A stretch of 63,890 bases of DNA, the filler included, from Myxococcota bacterium (GTDB taxonomy: Bacteria > Myxococcota_C > UBA6777), in NCBI GenBank assembly GCA_023150835.1. It is 3 parts of 3 records of this genome, joined end to end, with 100 filler letters (N's around TTAATTAATTAA, not from the genome) between each part and the next. Parts side by side here need not be neighbours in the genome. Positions count along the whole stretch, not along the records: positions 25,982 to 51,840 come from JAKLKB010000096.1; positions 51,941 to 63,890 come from JAKLKB010000167.1; 1 more part is not named here. The stretch is one strand, 5' to 3'. The translations under genes and the position numbers were made by a program. The notes beneath the pieces were generated by a model that made no database searches, was not told the DNA's origin, and saw nothing but the letters and a program-made list of their open reading frames with translations. This document shows positions 48,307 through 57,459 of this stretch, piece by piece (within the stretch, counting starts at the first letter, position 1; each line of letters opens with the position of its first letter).

Positions 48307-49917
48307 ATGTCGTGCTGCAAAAGTTGCGAACAAGGCTTGCCCTGCGAAGGCAACGAACCAACGTACCAAACAAACCCCTGTGAGCCATGCAGCCGAAGAT
48401 ATCGCGAGAACCCCGCCCCCGCGTGGCTTGGGTGGACGTTTGGAGTGTTTGCTGCAACGGCACTTTTTGGCGGAACAGCCGCCGCAGTGATCGCCCATCA
48501 ACGGAAGCAAGCAGCCCTCGCTCTCCAGCAGCAAACGTCGGCCCTTCCGCCGCCTCCGCCTGATCCGAAAAAGTCTCTTGCTCCATCCGTGACACAGCGA
48601 GAGAAACTGCTACGTCAAGGCATCCAAACCCTCACGCCATCCGCACAAAAGAGTGTGTCTCTCGGCGCGCATCTCTCAAAAACAAGCGTCACTTTGCTTG
48701 GTGGCGCGAATCCGTTTGTGATCACGCTCTCGCAAGCAGAAGCCAGCGCCCGAAGCGTGTTGGATGCGCTCAAAAAAGACGGAGCGCCGCTCTCGGATAT
48801 GCGGACGAAAACGATCTACATCCACACATGGCAAGACGTGGAGGAGCTGGCAGCGATGATGCAGACCTTGTTGCTCCACACACTCAAGCCCACGAAAGAA
48901 GGGGCTGAGATGGCCCAACACCTCCGCTCTTTCTTCCTTCGTAACCGTTGGACAGTGCAGACATCGAGCGAAGTACACCAAGATCAGAAGCTCGTGTTGG
49001 ATTACTTGACCCCACGAGATGGGCGCCAAGTAATCGACGCTGCTATACGGGTGCGCGAACAAGCATGGGCGGGGGAAGTGGAATCGAGCAACGATTATAT
49101 CCCCCAAACGCTCGACTATATCCGCCATCTCGGTTGTATCCCCAAGTGGCTTCCTCCGCTAAGTGACGCCAACCGCGAAAAAGTACCTCATGTTTTGAGC
49201 GATGGACTCTTGCTGATCTTCGAACATGCCTTGATCAAGACCGGTAACTTTCTCGCTGTGATGATGGCCAACCCCAAGGCGATCCCCGGACTCGAAGCCA
49301 AGCTGTTGAGCGTGGCTGCTCCGTTGTTGATCGCAGGGGCCAAGGTCGGTGTCGCTGCGGTGATCGGTGGGGCCGCTGCTGCTTCCTCTGCGGTTCCTGT
49401 CGCGGGGTGGATTACGGCTGCTGTAGGGGCAGTCGCTGCGGGTGTTGCCGCACTTGTTGAGTTAATCGGATCTTTCAACAAGCGAGAAGAGGCCAACCTT
49501 GCTTGGCAGCAAACTCTTCAGAATGCGGCGGAAGACTTGTGGACAAAAGGCTTGAGTCGTCGGCCCTTGCGAGAATCTTTGTTGGGCTATCAGCTTGGTT
49601 TGATCTCGGAGGATCCGAGCTACAAAGAAGGTGACTCTCGCACAAGAGCACCGTGGCTTCGCAACTTCTGCCTCGTGCGTGGTGAGCCTTGGGGATCTCC
49701 GTGCGCAGAGCGCATCTTTCCGCAGATACCGTTGCTGGTGCGCCAAATCAAGCAAGGTGCAGTGGTGCAGTTTGGCATCGGTCGAGACGCCATCCGCACC
49801 GTGAACACTGCGCGTGCTTGGATGGCCCCGAACAAGCGCCTGATCATGGGTTGGCAACTTCACGATATCGAGTTCGAGAAACTGCCCAACAACCTCGGAT
49901 TTTTGGGGGTGGTGTGA
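48307..49917 (+). CDS. Membrane-anchored late protein (possible spike/entry protein)
   Basis: Cys-rich start, RENP, TM WLGWTFGVFAATALFG, long Ala/Gly/Val stretch with VPVAGWI. Confidence 0.6.
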   Translation: MSCCKSCEQGLPCEGNEPTYQTNPCEPCSRRYRENPAPAWLGWTFGVFAATALFGGTAAAVIAHQRKQAALALQQQTSALPPPPPDPKKSLAPSVTQREKLLRQGIQTLTPSAQKSVSLGAHLSKTSVTLLGGANPFVITLSQAEASARSVLDALKKDGAPLSDMRTKTIYIHTWQDVEELAAMMQTLLLHTLKPTKEGAEMAQHLRSFFLRNRWTVQTSSEVHQDQKLVLDYLTPRDGRQVIDAAIRVREQAWAGEVESSNDYIPQTLDYIRHLGCIPKWLPPLSDANREKVPHVLSDGLLLIFEHALIKTGNFLAVMMANPKAIPGLEAKLLSVAAPLLIAGAKVGVAAVIGGAAAASSAVPVAGWITAAVGAVAAGVAALVELIGSFNKREEANLAWQQTLQNAAEDLWTKGLSRRPLRESLLGYQLGLISEDPSYKEGDSRTRAPWLRNFCLVRGEPWGSPCAERIFPQIPLLVRQIKQGAVVQFGIGRDAIRTVNTARAWMAPNKRLIMGWQLHDIEFEKLPNNLGFLGVV

Positions 49918-50447
49918 TGTGCCATGAGATGCCCGAAGGTGCGACGCCCTTCATTCATTCGACGATCTGGAGTTCGGGCGATCCTGCCGATCTTCCTGAG
50001 GAAGTGAAGCCCAAGAGCTTGTCGCGGTTTTCCGTGAACAAAAGGATCTATCATATCACGGTGTATGGTTGCGTTGTGTACGCGATGGAGCCGACATCTT
50101 GGGGCGAGATGGCACTTGTGGAACAACCACCCTTGCGCTTCTTGGGTCGCCATCAATGGAAGCTCGTCGGCACAAAGGTAAGCGCAGAAACAGACGGATT
50201 GAAAGAGGCGATAGACAACTTTCCATCCTCTCCCGATGCACCGAAGAAATGGGAAGGGTTGATGGAGTTCCGCGTCTTTTCGGTCGCTGAGGGGTATCCC
50301 GCGCTGATCGCCGCAGAGAACGAGGTCTACATTAAGGTCGAGTACGGGAAGTATCTCGGTGTGGTGTCTCCTCCACCCACTCCATACAATCGGCTTTTTT
50401 ACAAGACGGTCTTGGCGGGGTACTGGCTGCCAAGGGGAGTCTCGTAA
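49917..50447 (+). CDS. Third putative jelly-roll protein
   Basis: IYHITVYG, YPALIAAENEVYIKVEY...YKTVLAGY; translationally coupled. Confidence 0.4.
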   Translation: MCHEMPEGATPFIHSTIWSSGDPADLPEEVKPKSLSRFSVNKRIYHITVYGCVVYAMEPTSWGEMALVEQPPLRFLGRHQWKLVGTKVSAETDGLKEAIDNFPSSPDAPKKWEGLMEFRVFSVAEGYPALIAAENEVYIKVEYGKYLGVVSPPPTPYNRLFYKTVLAGYWLPRGVS

Positions 50448-50552
50448 GGGCCGCTCTTATCCTCTGGCAAAAGTATGCGTTCCAGCGAGATGCCCCCCTT
50501 TGTGGGCAGATATCGCCTGCTTTTTCCTCTTCTTCGAAAGGATTGTTGAAAC

Positions 50553-51026
50553 ATGAGTACAACACAACAAAACAAAGAGACCGAACCCACAGGACAACCC
50601 ATGCCTTGTGTGGAGTCTCGCGCTCCTTTCACCTCTTTCCATGTCCTTTGGGCGCTTTTGCTAGCCAACATCGGAAAAGTATTGATCTTGGGGATTCCAG
50701 CCGTTGGGACGGCCACTTTTGGCGCGTTCTGGCTGTTTTCCCGCGCTTCGATCTCAGACGTTCAAAAACTCCAAGAACGCACCGACAAAGAGATGAACGC
50801 TCTACGCGAACAAACCAACAAGACGCTCCAAGAGCATCGAGATCGCACGGATAGCGCCATCAAACGCACGAACAAGGCGATCCAAGAGCTGCGTGTGGCG
50901 TTGCGCGACCTGCGTATCAACATCCGCAAGGACATTAGCGAGTTGTTGAAAGAAGCCCTTGATCCTCTCAGAGAGCGGATACGCCGAAACGAACAGACGC
51001 TCGACGCTTACCGCAAAAAGGAATGA
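50553..51026 (+). CDS. TM + coiled-coil protein (lysis or membrane role possible)
   Basis: Hydrophobic 30-62, then heptad-rich C-terminus. Confidence 0.65.
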   Translation: MSTTQQNKETEPTGQPMPCVESRAPFTSFHVLWALLLANIGKVLILGIPAVGTATFGAFWLFSRASISDVQKLQERTDKEMNALREQTNKTLQEHRDRTDSAIKRTNKAIQELRVALRDLRINIRKDISELLKEALDPLRERIRRNEQTLDAYRKKE

Positions 51027-51029
51027 GCG

Positions 51030-51287
51030 ATGCAAGGCCCAAGATACGAAGAACAAGTCGTCCCCTCCGCAAGATCGGCGTTGATGGTCGTGCGGGGGGA
51101 GCCTTGGGGATGGGCTTATGCGGCGAGAGATCTGACGCTACGGGCCTCTGTGATCGGCGTGGGGTTATGGCTGGCTGGGGAGCGTGAACCCGCCCCGCTC
51201 GCAAAGAAGGCGCTCGCGGGGTCTGCTGCTATCGAGGTGGTTGTGTTGGCGCTCGCTGCGAGAAAGGAGGCTGCGCGAAATGGTTGA
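51030..51287 (+). CDS. Small membrane protein
   Basis: Two hydrophobic segments; coupled to both neighbours. Confidence 0.6.
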   Translation: MQGPRYEEQVVPSARSALMVVRGEPWGWAYAARDLTLRASVIGVGLWLAGEREPAPLAKKALAGSAAIEVVVLALAARKEAARNG

Positions 51288-51792
51288 AATCGACGCTGCA
51301 AGGAGGCTTTACGAGGTTTGGTCGCGCAAGAAGTCCCATCGCACCAAGAAAGTACGCTTTGCTTGGCCTGCACCGATGGTCTTGTTTGGGTTAGCCACCA
51401 AGATCACCTACCGTTCGGACAAATGGAATCTCGATGGTGTGGAGGAAAAGTACATCCACACCTTCAAACATCCCCAAACGCGAATCCTTGTAAACCCTCC
51501 ACAAGATCACTCCAAAGAAGCTGTCCGATTGCGAAAAGTGCCTATCTTTGGCGGTATGTCGTCTCCCAAGCAGAATTCCTCATTCACTTGGTTGGCTCAC
51601 TGCATGCACCTTGAATATCGGGAAACACCCAACGGGCCGCTCAAATACTGGCAGTTTCCCGTGGATGAACAACCCATGCTTGCCGTCGATCCTGACCGTC
51701 AAAACGAGCTACTTTTGGTATGGCACAACGAACCTTGTTGGGTCGTGACCTCACCCATCTTGCGTGTGACCGCACGCGGCATCCTCTACTAG
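51280..51792 (+). CDS. Hypothetical late protein
   Basis: AAGGAGG RBS; ITYRSDKW...YIHTF...VTARGI. Confidence 0.65.
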   Translation: MVEIDAARRLYEVWSRKKSHRTKKVRFAWPAPMVLFGLATKITYRSDKWNLDGVEEKYIHTFKHPQTRILVNPPQDHSKEAVRLRKVPIFGGMSSPKQNSSFTWLAHCMHLEYRETPNGPLKYWQFPVDEQPMLAVDPDRQNELLLVWHNEPCWVVTSPILRVTARGILY

Positions 51793-51840
51793 CCTTCCGA
51801 CTTTCTTCTAAAATTCCGAACAAAATCCATCTCTCAAACG

Positions 51841-51940
51841 NNNNNNNNNNNNNNNNNNNNNNNNNNNNNNNNNNNNNNNNNNNNTTAATTAATTAANNNN
51901 NNNNNNNNNNNNNNNNNNNNNNNNNNNNNNNNNNNNNNNN
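51841..51940. other. Assembly gap / artificial contig spacer
   Basis: N-run with TTAATTAATTAA. Confidence 0.97.
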
Positions 51941-52157
51941 CGCCCTCCCCCGTGAACAGGGGAGGGAGCGAAAGTCGGAAGCATCGGGGATTTTGTTTTT
52001 TCATGACGCACGCTGTATGCACGACGCGCAGACGCTGCCCGTTCCAACTTCCCCCCGTTCACGGGGGGATTGAGGGGGGGAGAACAAAAAAAGGCGATCA
52101 AGACCGACTCTACGAGGTTTCCACCTTAACAAGGCGCGTATGGGGCAGCGCCCCACA
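51941..52157 (+). repeat. REP/MITE-like element, second copy
   Basis: Near-identical to 25685-25881; ends tatggggcagcgccccac, an inverted match to gtaggggcagaccccata. Confidence 0.85.
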
Positions 52158-52217
52158 AAACCAACCAAATGCGTCAAGCCCCACAGCACCATTCGACTGC
52201 ATAAAGTCTGAGGGCGT

Positions 52218-54620
52218 TCAAGGAAAAATAAGCTGCGTGGAGTCGACTTCTTCGACGACACCCAACAGCGCGTCGTATCGCCCCTGCCAAAGGCACAGAT
52301 CACCAGCGATCGGCTTGATCAGTTGACGTTGCTGGGCTTGCAAAAAGCTGTGCTGATAAAGCTGCACCACAAAGGGCTGAAACACCCGCATCAACGAAGC
52401 AGAAGGCATCTGCGGTGCGTGTTGAAGGATCTGCAATGCCTCTAGCGCGGCTTGAACAGCCCGATCAAACGCCTCGAAAAAAGCCGCGATCGGCTCGGAT
52501 TCTTGGACCATCTGCTCGCGTTGTGTTTGGAGTACGCGTTGAAGATCCACAGGGTGAACAAAAACAGGCCGCGTATCTTCGGGGATCATCCGATATCTTT
52601 CGGAACTGGAAGCAAAGGCAAACTCGCGCTCAAGCCGCCGGATATCGAACGGATCAGTATTCACGGAGTGATAGACTTGGCGGAAATACTGTTGGAAGAT
52701 GGCGGGATCGTGAAAGTCTGAGGCCCGAAGAGACCGCAACATCAACCGCGTCTGATCTGTGGCTGTGGTGTAGATCCCTTGGGGAAGATGCGCTTCTTGA
52801 AGCTCGACGATATGGGTTGTTCCCGAGGCGAGGCGAGCTTCGCGATTGCACCGCCCTGCGGCTTGGATCAGGCTATCCAACGGCCCCATCACGCGAAACA
52901 CCACAGGAAAATCCAGATCCACGCCGGCTTCGACGACTTGGGTGGCGACAAGACGACAATCCCGCTGCGATCGTCCAAGAACAAACTGAACAGCCTGAAG
53001 CACAAAACTCCGATGCAACGGGCACAATCGACTGGACAGGTGAAAACACCCCTCCATCCCCGAGACTTCTTCGAGCAGCTTCCGTGCGTCTTTGATCGTG
53101 TTGAGGATCGCAAGACAACGTGGGGTTTCTGCGATCTCCTCCGCAAGTTCCTCAAAAGACCAGCGCGGCTCGCCATCTATTGGAAAAGAAAATTCGACTC
53201 TTCCCAGCGCTCGGAAATGATCGGCTGGATCACGAACGATCTCACGAATACCCGTCAAGGGCGTGAGTTCTTTTGAGGGACGAAGAACCTGATCCGAGAA
53301 AGCGGGCTGTGTCGCCGTACAAAAAATCACCGAGCATCCGAACTCACGGACAAGATAACGCAGCATATCCAAAGTCGGGGCCAACAGCTTGGTGGGTAGC
53401 ATCTGCACTTCATCAAGGATGATTACGGAGCGCGGGATATTGTGCAACTTGCGTAGTTTGCTGTTTCTCGAAGCAAAAAGGCTCTCGAACAATTGGACGT
53501 TGGTTGTGACCACGATCGGAGCATCCCAGTTCTCAGCGGCAAGGCGCTGCCAACGCTCGATGGCGTCGATCACTTCGGCATCGTGAGAGGTTTCGTTGTG
53601 TTCGCGGCGGCTGCTGTGATGTTCAAGAACATAGGCCGCCCCAAAGATCTCCCGATACACCGAGGCATTCTGCTCGATGATGCTGGTGTACGGGATCGCC
53701 ACGATCACTCGACGCATCCGATGTTTTTGAGCGTGTGCGAGTGCAAACGCCATCGAAGATCGGGTCTTCCCTCCGCCCGTAGGTACCGTCATTGAAAAAA
53801 AGCCGGGGGATTGGTTCGCTGCATCCAGCGCATCTCGATAGATCTGCTGGCGATGCGCATACAACTCGCCTTGTTGAGGCGTAGCTCCCGAAGGCAACAC
53901 AAACGCTTGTTGTGCTGCTTGCAAGCGCTGAAAAAGCCATGAGACCGCTCCCTCCGTTGGTTCGCCTCGAAGCCGCGCTATTTCGGGGCGATCATGTGCT
54001 TGTTCGCTTCGAAGCCGCGATGTTTCGGGGCGATCATGTGCTTCTGTGTCCAAACAATCCGCATCCACAAGGCACGAATGTAACAAACGCCACGCCAGCG
54101 CGACACTCCCTTCCGCATCTTTGCGCATCATATCAAGAGACGTCGGTAGCTGCGGAGGCTCTAGGGGAACGTACGCCTCCCACGCTTGGCGCCCCTCTGT
54201 TGCGATCTCTCGGATCCAAGTCTGCTCGGCTGCACGGCGCACCCGCGAACCCAGATCTGCCTTCACGTCCTGCAATCCGCGATGATGGCAGTCCATCAGA
54301 TAGGCCAACAGCAGATAGCGCTTGTCTGAAAAGGCATCCAAAAAAAGCTGCAACGCGACGATCGCATGTTCCAGCTTTTTGCTCGGCTTTCCAGCAACAC
54401 GCTCCCGAAGATAGTTCTGCCATGCGGGGTTCAACTTCCCGACATCGTGCCAAAATCCGATCAATCGGGCGGCTTCACTTGCATCGATCGCTTCTGCAAA
54501 GCACGCAGCGCGCTCCGAGACCCCAAGAAGATGCTCCAAAAGACCATGCCATCGCCCTGATGCGTTAGGGCCATGCGCAACGGCCTGCTCGCTATCGATT
54601 GAACTCCTCTGTTGTGACAT
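52218..54620 (-). CDS. cas3: CRISPR-associated HD nuclease-helicase Cas3 (type I-C-like)
   Basis: LLEHL, WHDVGK, HH, LVDAD, VPTGGGKT, PYTSIIEQ, DEVQ, TATQP, QAAGRCNR. Confidence 0.95.
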   Translation of the reverse strand: MSQQRSSIDSEQAVAHGPNASGRWHGLLEHLLGVSERAACFAEAIDASEAARLIGFWHDVGKLNPAWQNYLRERVAGKPSKKLEHAIVALQLFLDAFSDKRYLLLAYLMDCHHRGLQDVKADLGSRVRRAAEQTWIREIATEGRQAWEAYVPLEPPQLPTSLDMMRKDAEGSVALAWRLLHSCLVDADCLDTEAHDRPETSRLRSEQAHDRPEIARLRGEPTEGAVSWLFQRLQAAQQAFVLPSGATPQQGELYAHRQQIYRDALDAANQSPGFFSMTVPTGGGKTRSSMAFALAHAQKHRMRRVIVAIPYTSIIEQNASVYREIFGAAYVLEHHSSRREHNETSHDAEVIDAIERWQRLAAENWDAPIVVTTNVQLFESLFASRNSKLRKLHNIPRSVIILDEVQMLPTKLLAPTLDMLRYLVREFGCSVIFCTATQPAFSDQVLRPSKELTPLTGIREIVRDPADHFRALGRVEFSFPIDGEPRWSFEELAEEIAETPRCLAILNTIKDARKLLEEVSGMEGCFHLSSRLCPLHRSFVLQAVQFVLGRSQRDCRLVATQVVEAGVDLDFPVVFRVMGPLDSLIQAAGRCNREARLASGTTHIVELQEAHLPQGIYTTATDQTRLMLRSLRASDFHDPAIFQQYFRQVYHSVNTDPFDIRRLEREFAFASSSERYRMIPEDTRPVFVHPVDLQRVLQTQREQMVQESEPIAAFFEAFDRAVQAALEALQILQHAPQMPSASLMRVFQPFVVQLYQHSFLQAQQRQLIKPIAGDLCLWQGRYDALLGVVEEVDSTQLIFP

Positions 54621-55290
54621 TGCACACTCCTGCGATGTATGAATTCCCGACCGCTGCCGATGCCTTCAAACGTACCACCGCCGATGCCTTCAAGCGCACT
54701 GCTGTCGACGTTCTCCCCGCCATTTCCTAGGTTCGTATCCAAACAACGATGGTAGACCTTCAAACGTACCACTGCCAACGCTCTCCTCGCCATCGGCGTA
54801 AACCACGCGGAGGATCGCGCAAGATCGTCGGAATGATCGGCCACAACCGCCCGGGTTGTTTGCGCAGCGGAACATAAAAAGCTTTATCGTTATAGTCCAA
54901 CAAGTAGATCGGCTGCGCTTGATGGTCATACATCTGGATGCCGATGATCTGATGGTGCTTGTTGATCTGCGACTTACAAAACAAGATGATCAGCTCGTCT
55001 GGTATATCCGCAACAAATGTCCGAAAACGCTCCATCGCATGAGGTGTCACAAAACAGCACATCCAAACCTCCGCTCGGTTTTGCTCGTTCCGAATTTGTA
55101 AGACAGCAACCCAAAGCCTTACTCGCAATCCCTGTAAAACAACCGCACCCAGTTTTAGCAAACGTCGCTGAAAAACGACAAGGGGCAAACTTTTCTGACG
55201 CTCTTGTTTCTTTTGGCACTTCGGATTACCATCCACCCCAAAAATGCGCTCCCAGACCTCACCCTCCCCAACCACAACAAGGACGACAAG

Positions 55291-56481
55291 ATGACCGAGC
55301 AACGGTGGGAACTCTATATCGACGAATCTGGAAACTTCTCTGATCCAAACGATGAAGTCGTGGTCGCCGGACTGTTGGTTCACACCGAGAAAGCCGGCCT
55401 TGACGGGCGTGAGATCGCCCAAGCCATCCACACCACGCTCCCTCACATCCCCCTGCCACTTCACGCCTCGTTTCTCAAACGCCCCAGCTACGGGATCTTT
55501 TGCTACGCTTCTGCCCAACAACCCAAAACAGCCCACCACACCCGCCAACTCGACCCCAAGCGCATCAAAACCTACGAACAAGCCCTCCAAATCTTAGGCA
55601 AAAAAGCCCAAAAAACGCTCACACAAATGACCGACACGCTTCGACGCGGAAGAAGTCTTTCTGCCTATTACAACGAACTGCACTCATGGGAGACCCAACT
55701 CAAACCCCACCCCGATCTCTATAAACAACTCAAACACGACCAAGAACTCGATCTCGCGCACATCGCTCGGATCATCCGCGATCTCAACGAAACAACCGAT
55801 GCCAACCACGCGCTCTTGCTGTTTGCCGCCGAAGAAACACGCGCAAGCGCCGTCCAGCCCAAACAAGATCGCTATCTCCTCCTCCTCCTCGCCCTTATCG
55901 AACGTGCGTACCGTGTCCTCCACATACGCACACAAGGACACTTCCGCCTCGAAATCAAAGTCGCCACACGCGACGTTTACTACGCTCCCTTCAACATCAA
56001 CATCCGCCTCTCCAACCCGATCTTCAAAGAACTCGAAGCCCACCTCCGCGCTTGGCTTGGAGCCTTTACCTCTTCAACCGACCACGGCGTGCCCAAATCT
56101 CCAGAATGTCCCTTCTCTTTCCATCCTCCCATGCGGTACGACCTAGAGATCCCCACTGCACTCGCGCTCGCCGATATCTTTTCCAACACCGCCTACAGCA
56201 CCCTCCGCAACGGACTCAAGAAACACAAACAACACCTCTCCCTCGCTCTCTGGAAAACTGCCATCGCCCAACTCATCGGCCAATGGCCGCTCTCCAGCCT
56301 TCCGCCTCACTCTCCTGCGGGCCTTTCTCCGCGTAGCCACTTCGCCGCAAGCCCCCATATCGCCGACGCTTTGCGTCAAGCCATCCATACCGAACACACC
56401 ACACAAACCTTCGAACAAGACCCCCGTACACAGAACATCCGCCTCTGGGCCAAAGAACAAGCCCTCTCTTGGCTCCCCTAG
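55291..56481 (+). CDS. DUF3800-like RNase H-fold protein
   Basis: LYIDESGN at the N-terminus, LALADIFSN near the C-terminus. Confidence 0.65.
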   Translation: MTEQRWELYIDESGNFSDPNDEVVVAGLLVHTEKAGLDGREIAQAIHTTLPHIPLPLHASFLKRPSYGIFCYASAQQPKTAHHTRQLDPKRIKTYEQALQILGKKAQKTLTQMTDTLRRGRSLSAYYNELHSWETQLKPHPDLYKQLKHDQELDLAHIARIIRDLNETTDANHALLLFAAEETRASAVQPKQDRYLLLLLALIERAYRVLHIRTQGHFRLEIKVATRDVYYAPFNINIRLSNPIFKELEAHLRAWLGAFTSSTDHGVPKSPECPFSFHPPMRYDLEIPTALALADIFSNTAYSTLRNGLKKHKQHLSLALWKTAIAQLIGQWPLSSLPPHSPAGLSPRSHFAASPHIADALRQAIHTEHTTQTFEQDPRTQNIRLWAKEQALSWLP

Positions 56482-56569
56482 ATCCGAGACCATCGCTTCG
56501 ACATCCCCGTCACATCCCTTTGTTGAAACGTTTGCGCCCAAAACCTCATCCGCTCGGAGAACACACACC

Positions 56570-57313
56570 ATGCCACTTCACCTCGCACTTCTGACCCTAC
56601 AACGCTGGCAATTGGGACTCCCTTACAACAGCGAAGAACTATCCCACGCTTGCAAGACTTTTCAGAAAGCCATTCAAAGTGTATGTCGCCGAAAATCGGC
56701 TTTTTCTGCGCTATCTTCTTCCGACAAAGAAGAAGTCGAATCTGATCTTTTTTCCGTTCTACTCTCTCGACTGAAGCAAGACAAAGATTTCCCCACCGAA
56801 AACAAAGCCTACGGATGGCTGATCCTAAGCATCGGCGGGTTCTTGAAAGATCGCTACGACAAACAAAAACACTTGACCTTTTTCGCTGACTTCCGAAACG
56901 ACGAACACTCCGATCAAGAACCCGAGTGGCAAGACGATTCATCCCCCAATCCCGAAGAGCTACTCGAACAACTCCAACAAACCACCGCACTCGCTGCTTT
57001 CCAAAAACAAAAAGATGCCTTTATTGCGAGTTTCTTACAAACACTCAGCGAACAAAAACGCCCACAAAAACGCCAAACCATCAAAGAGATGGAAGACATC
57101 CACTTTTACCAGACCTGCACGGCTGAAGAACTCGCACAGCAAAGCGGAAAGAAGACAAATACGCTCCACCAACGCCACTGTCGCTTGCGCGCCGACCTGC
57201 AAGCCCACCTGCACGGCCCCCCATGCCAACAGATACCAGCGCACGAGAGACAGACGCTCTTTGCTTGGCTCGCACTTCTCGACGGAAAACCCGGCATCAA
57301 GTACGACCCCTAA
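56570..57313 (+). CDS. ECF-type sigma factor (CalpS-like position)
   Basis: Region-2-like DKEEVESDLF...AYGWL; region-4 HTH TAEELAQQSGKKTNTLHQRHCRLR. Confidence 0.7.
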   Translation: MPLHLALLTLQRWQLGLPYNSEELSHACKTFQKAIQSVCRRKSAFSALSSSDKEEVESDLFSVLLSRLKQDKDFPTENKAYGWLILSIGGFLKDRYDKQKHLTFFADFRNDEHSDQEPEWQDDSSPNPEELLEQLQQTTALAAFQKQKDAFIASFLQTLSEQKRPQKRQTIKEMEDIHFYQTCTAEELAQQSGKKTNTLHQRHCRLRADLQAHLHGPPCQQIPAHERQTLFAWLALLDGKPGIKYDP

Positions 57314-57459
57314 ACATTTTTTTGCTTCTTGTCAGAAACCTGACGCTACTGACGTCTTTGAAATAACTGTTGGATACGCACACGCTAGGACTCTTGTTCA
57401 TTCAAGCCCACTCCTCCAATCCCGCGTATCTGAAATCTCGATCAATAGGATAGAATCGT

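Larger units (their letters stand above)
25982..51840. mobile_element. Integrated element, probable tailless provirus (ends not visible)
   Basis: int/xis, cI/cro, primase-helicase, cargo, late operon; whole contig. Confidence 0.75.

Noticed and set aside
25982-51840. Tailed prophage or conjugative element
   Set aside because: No terminase, portal, tail, relaxase or T4SS motifs recognised
54651-54795. Short repeats upstream of cas3 as a degenerate CRISPR array
   Set aside because: Only 2-3 diverged units with irregular spacing; no repeat-spacer periodicity
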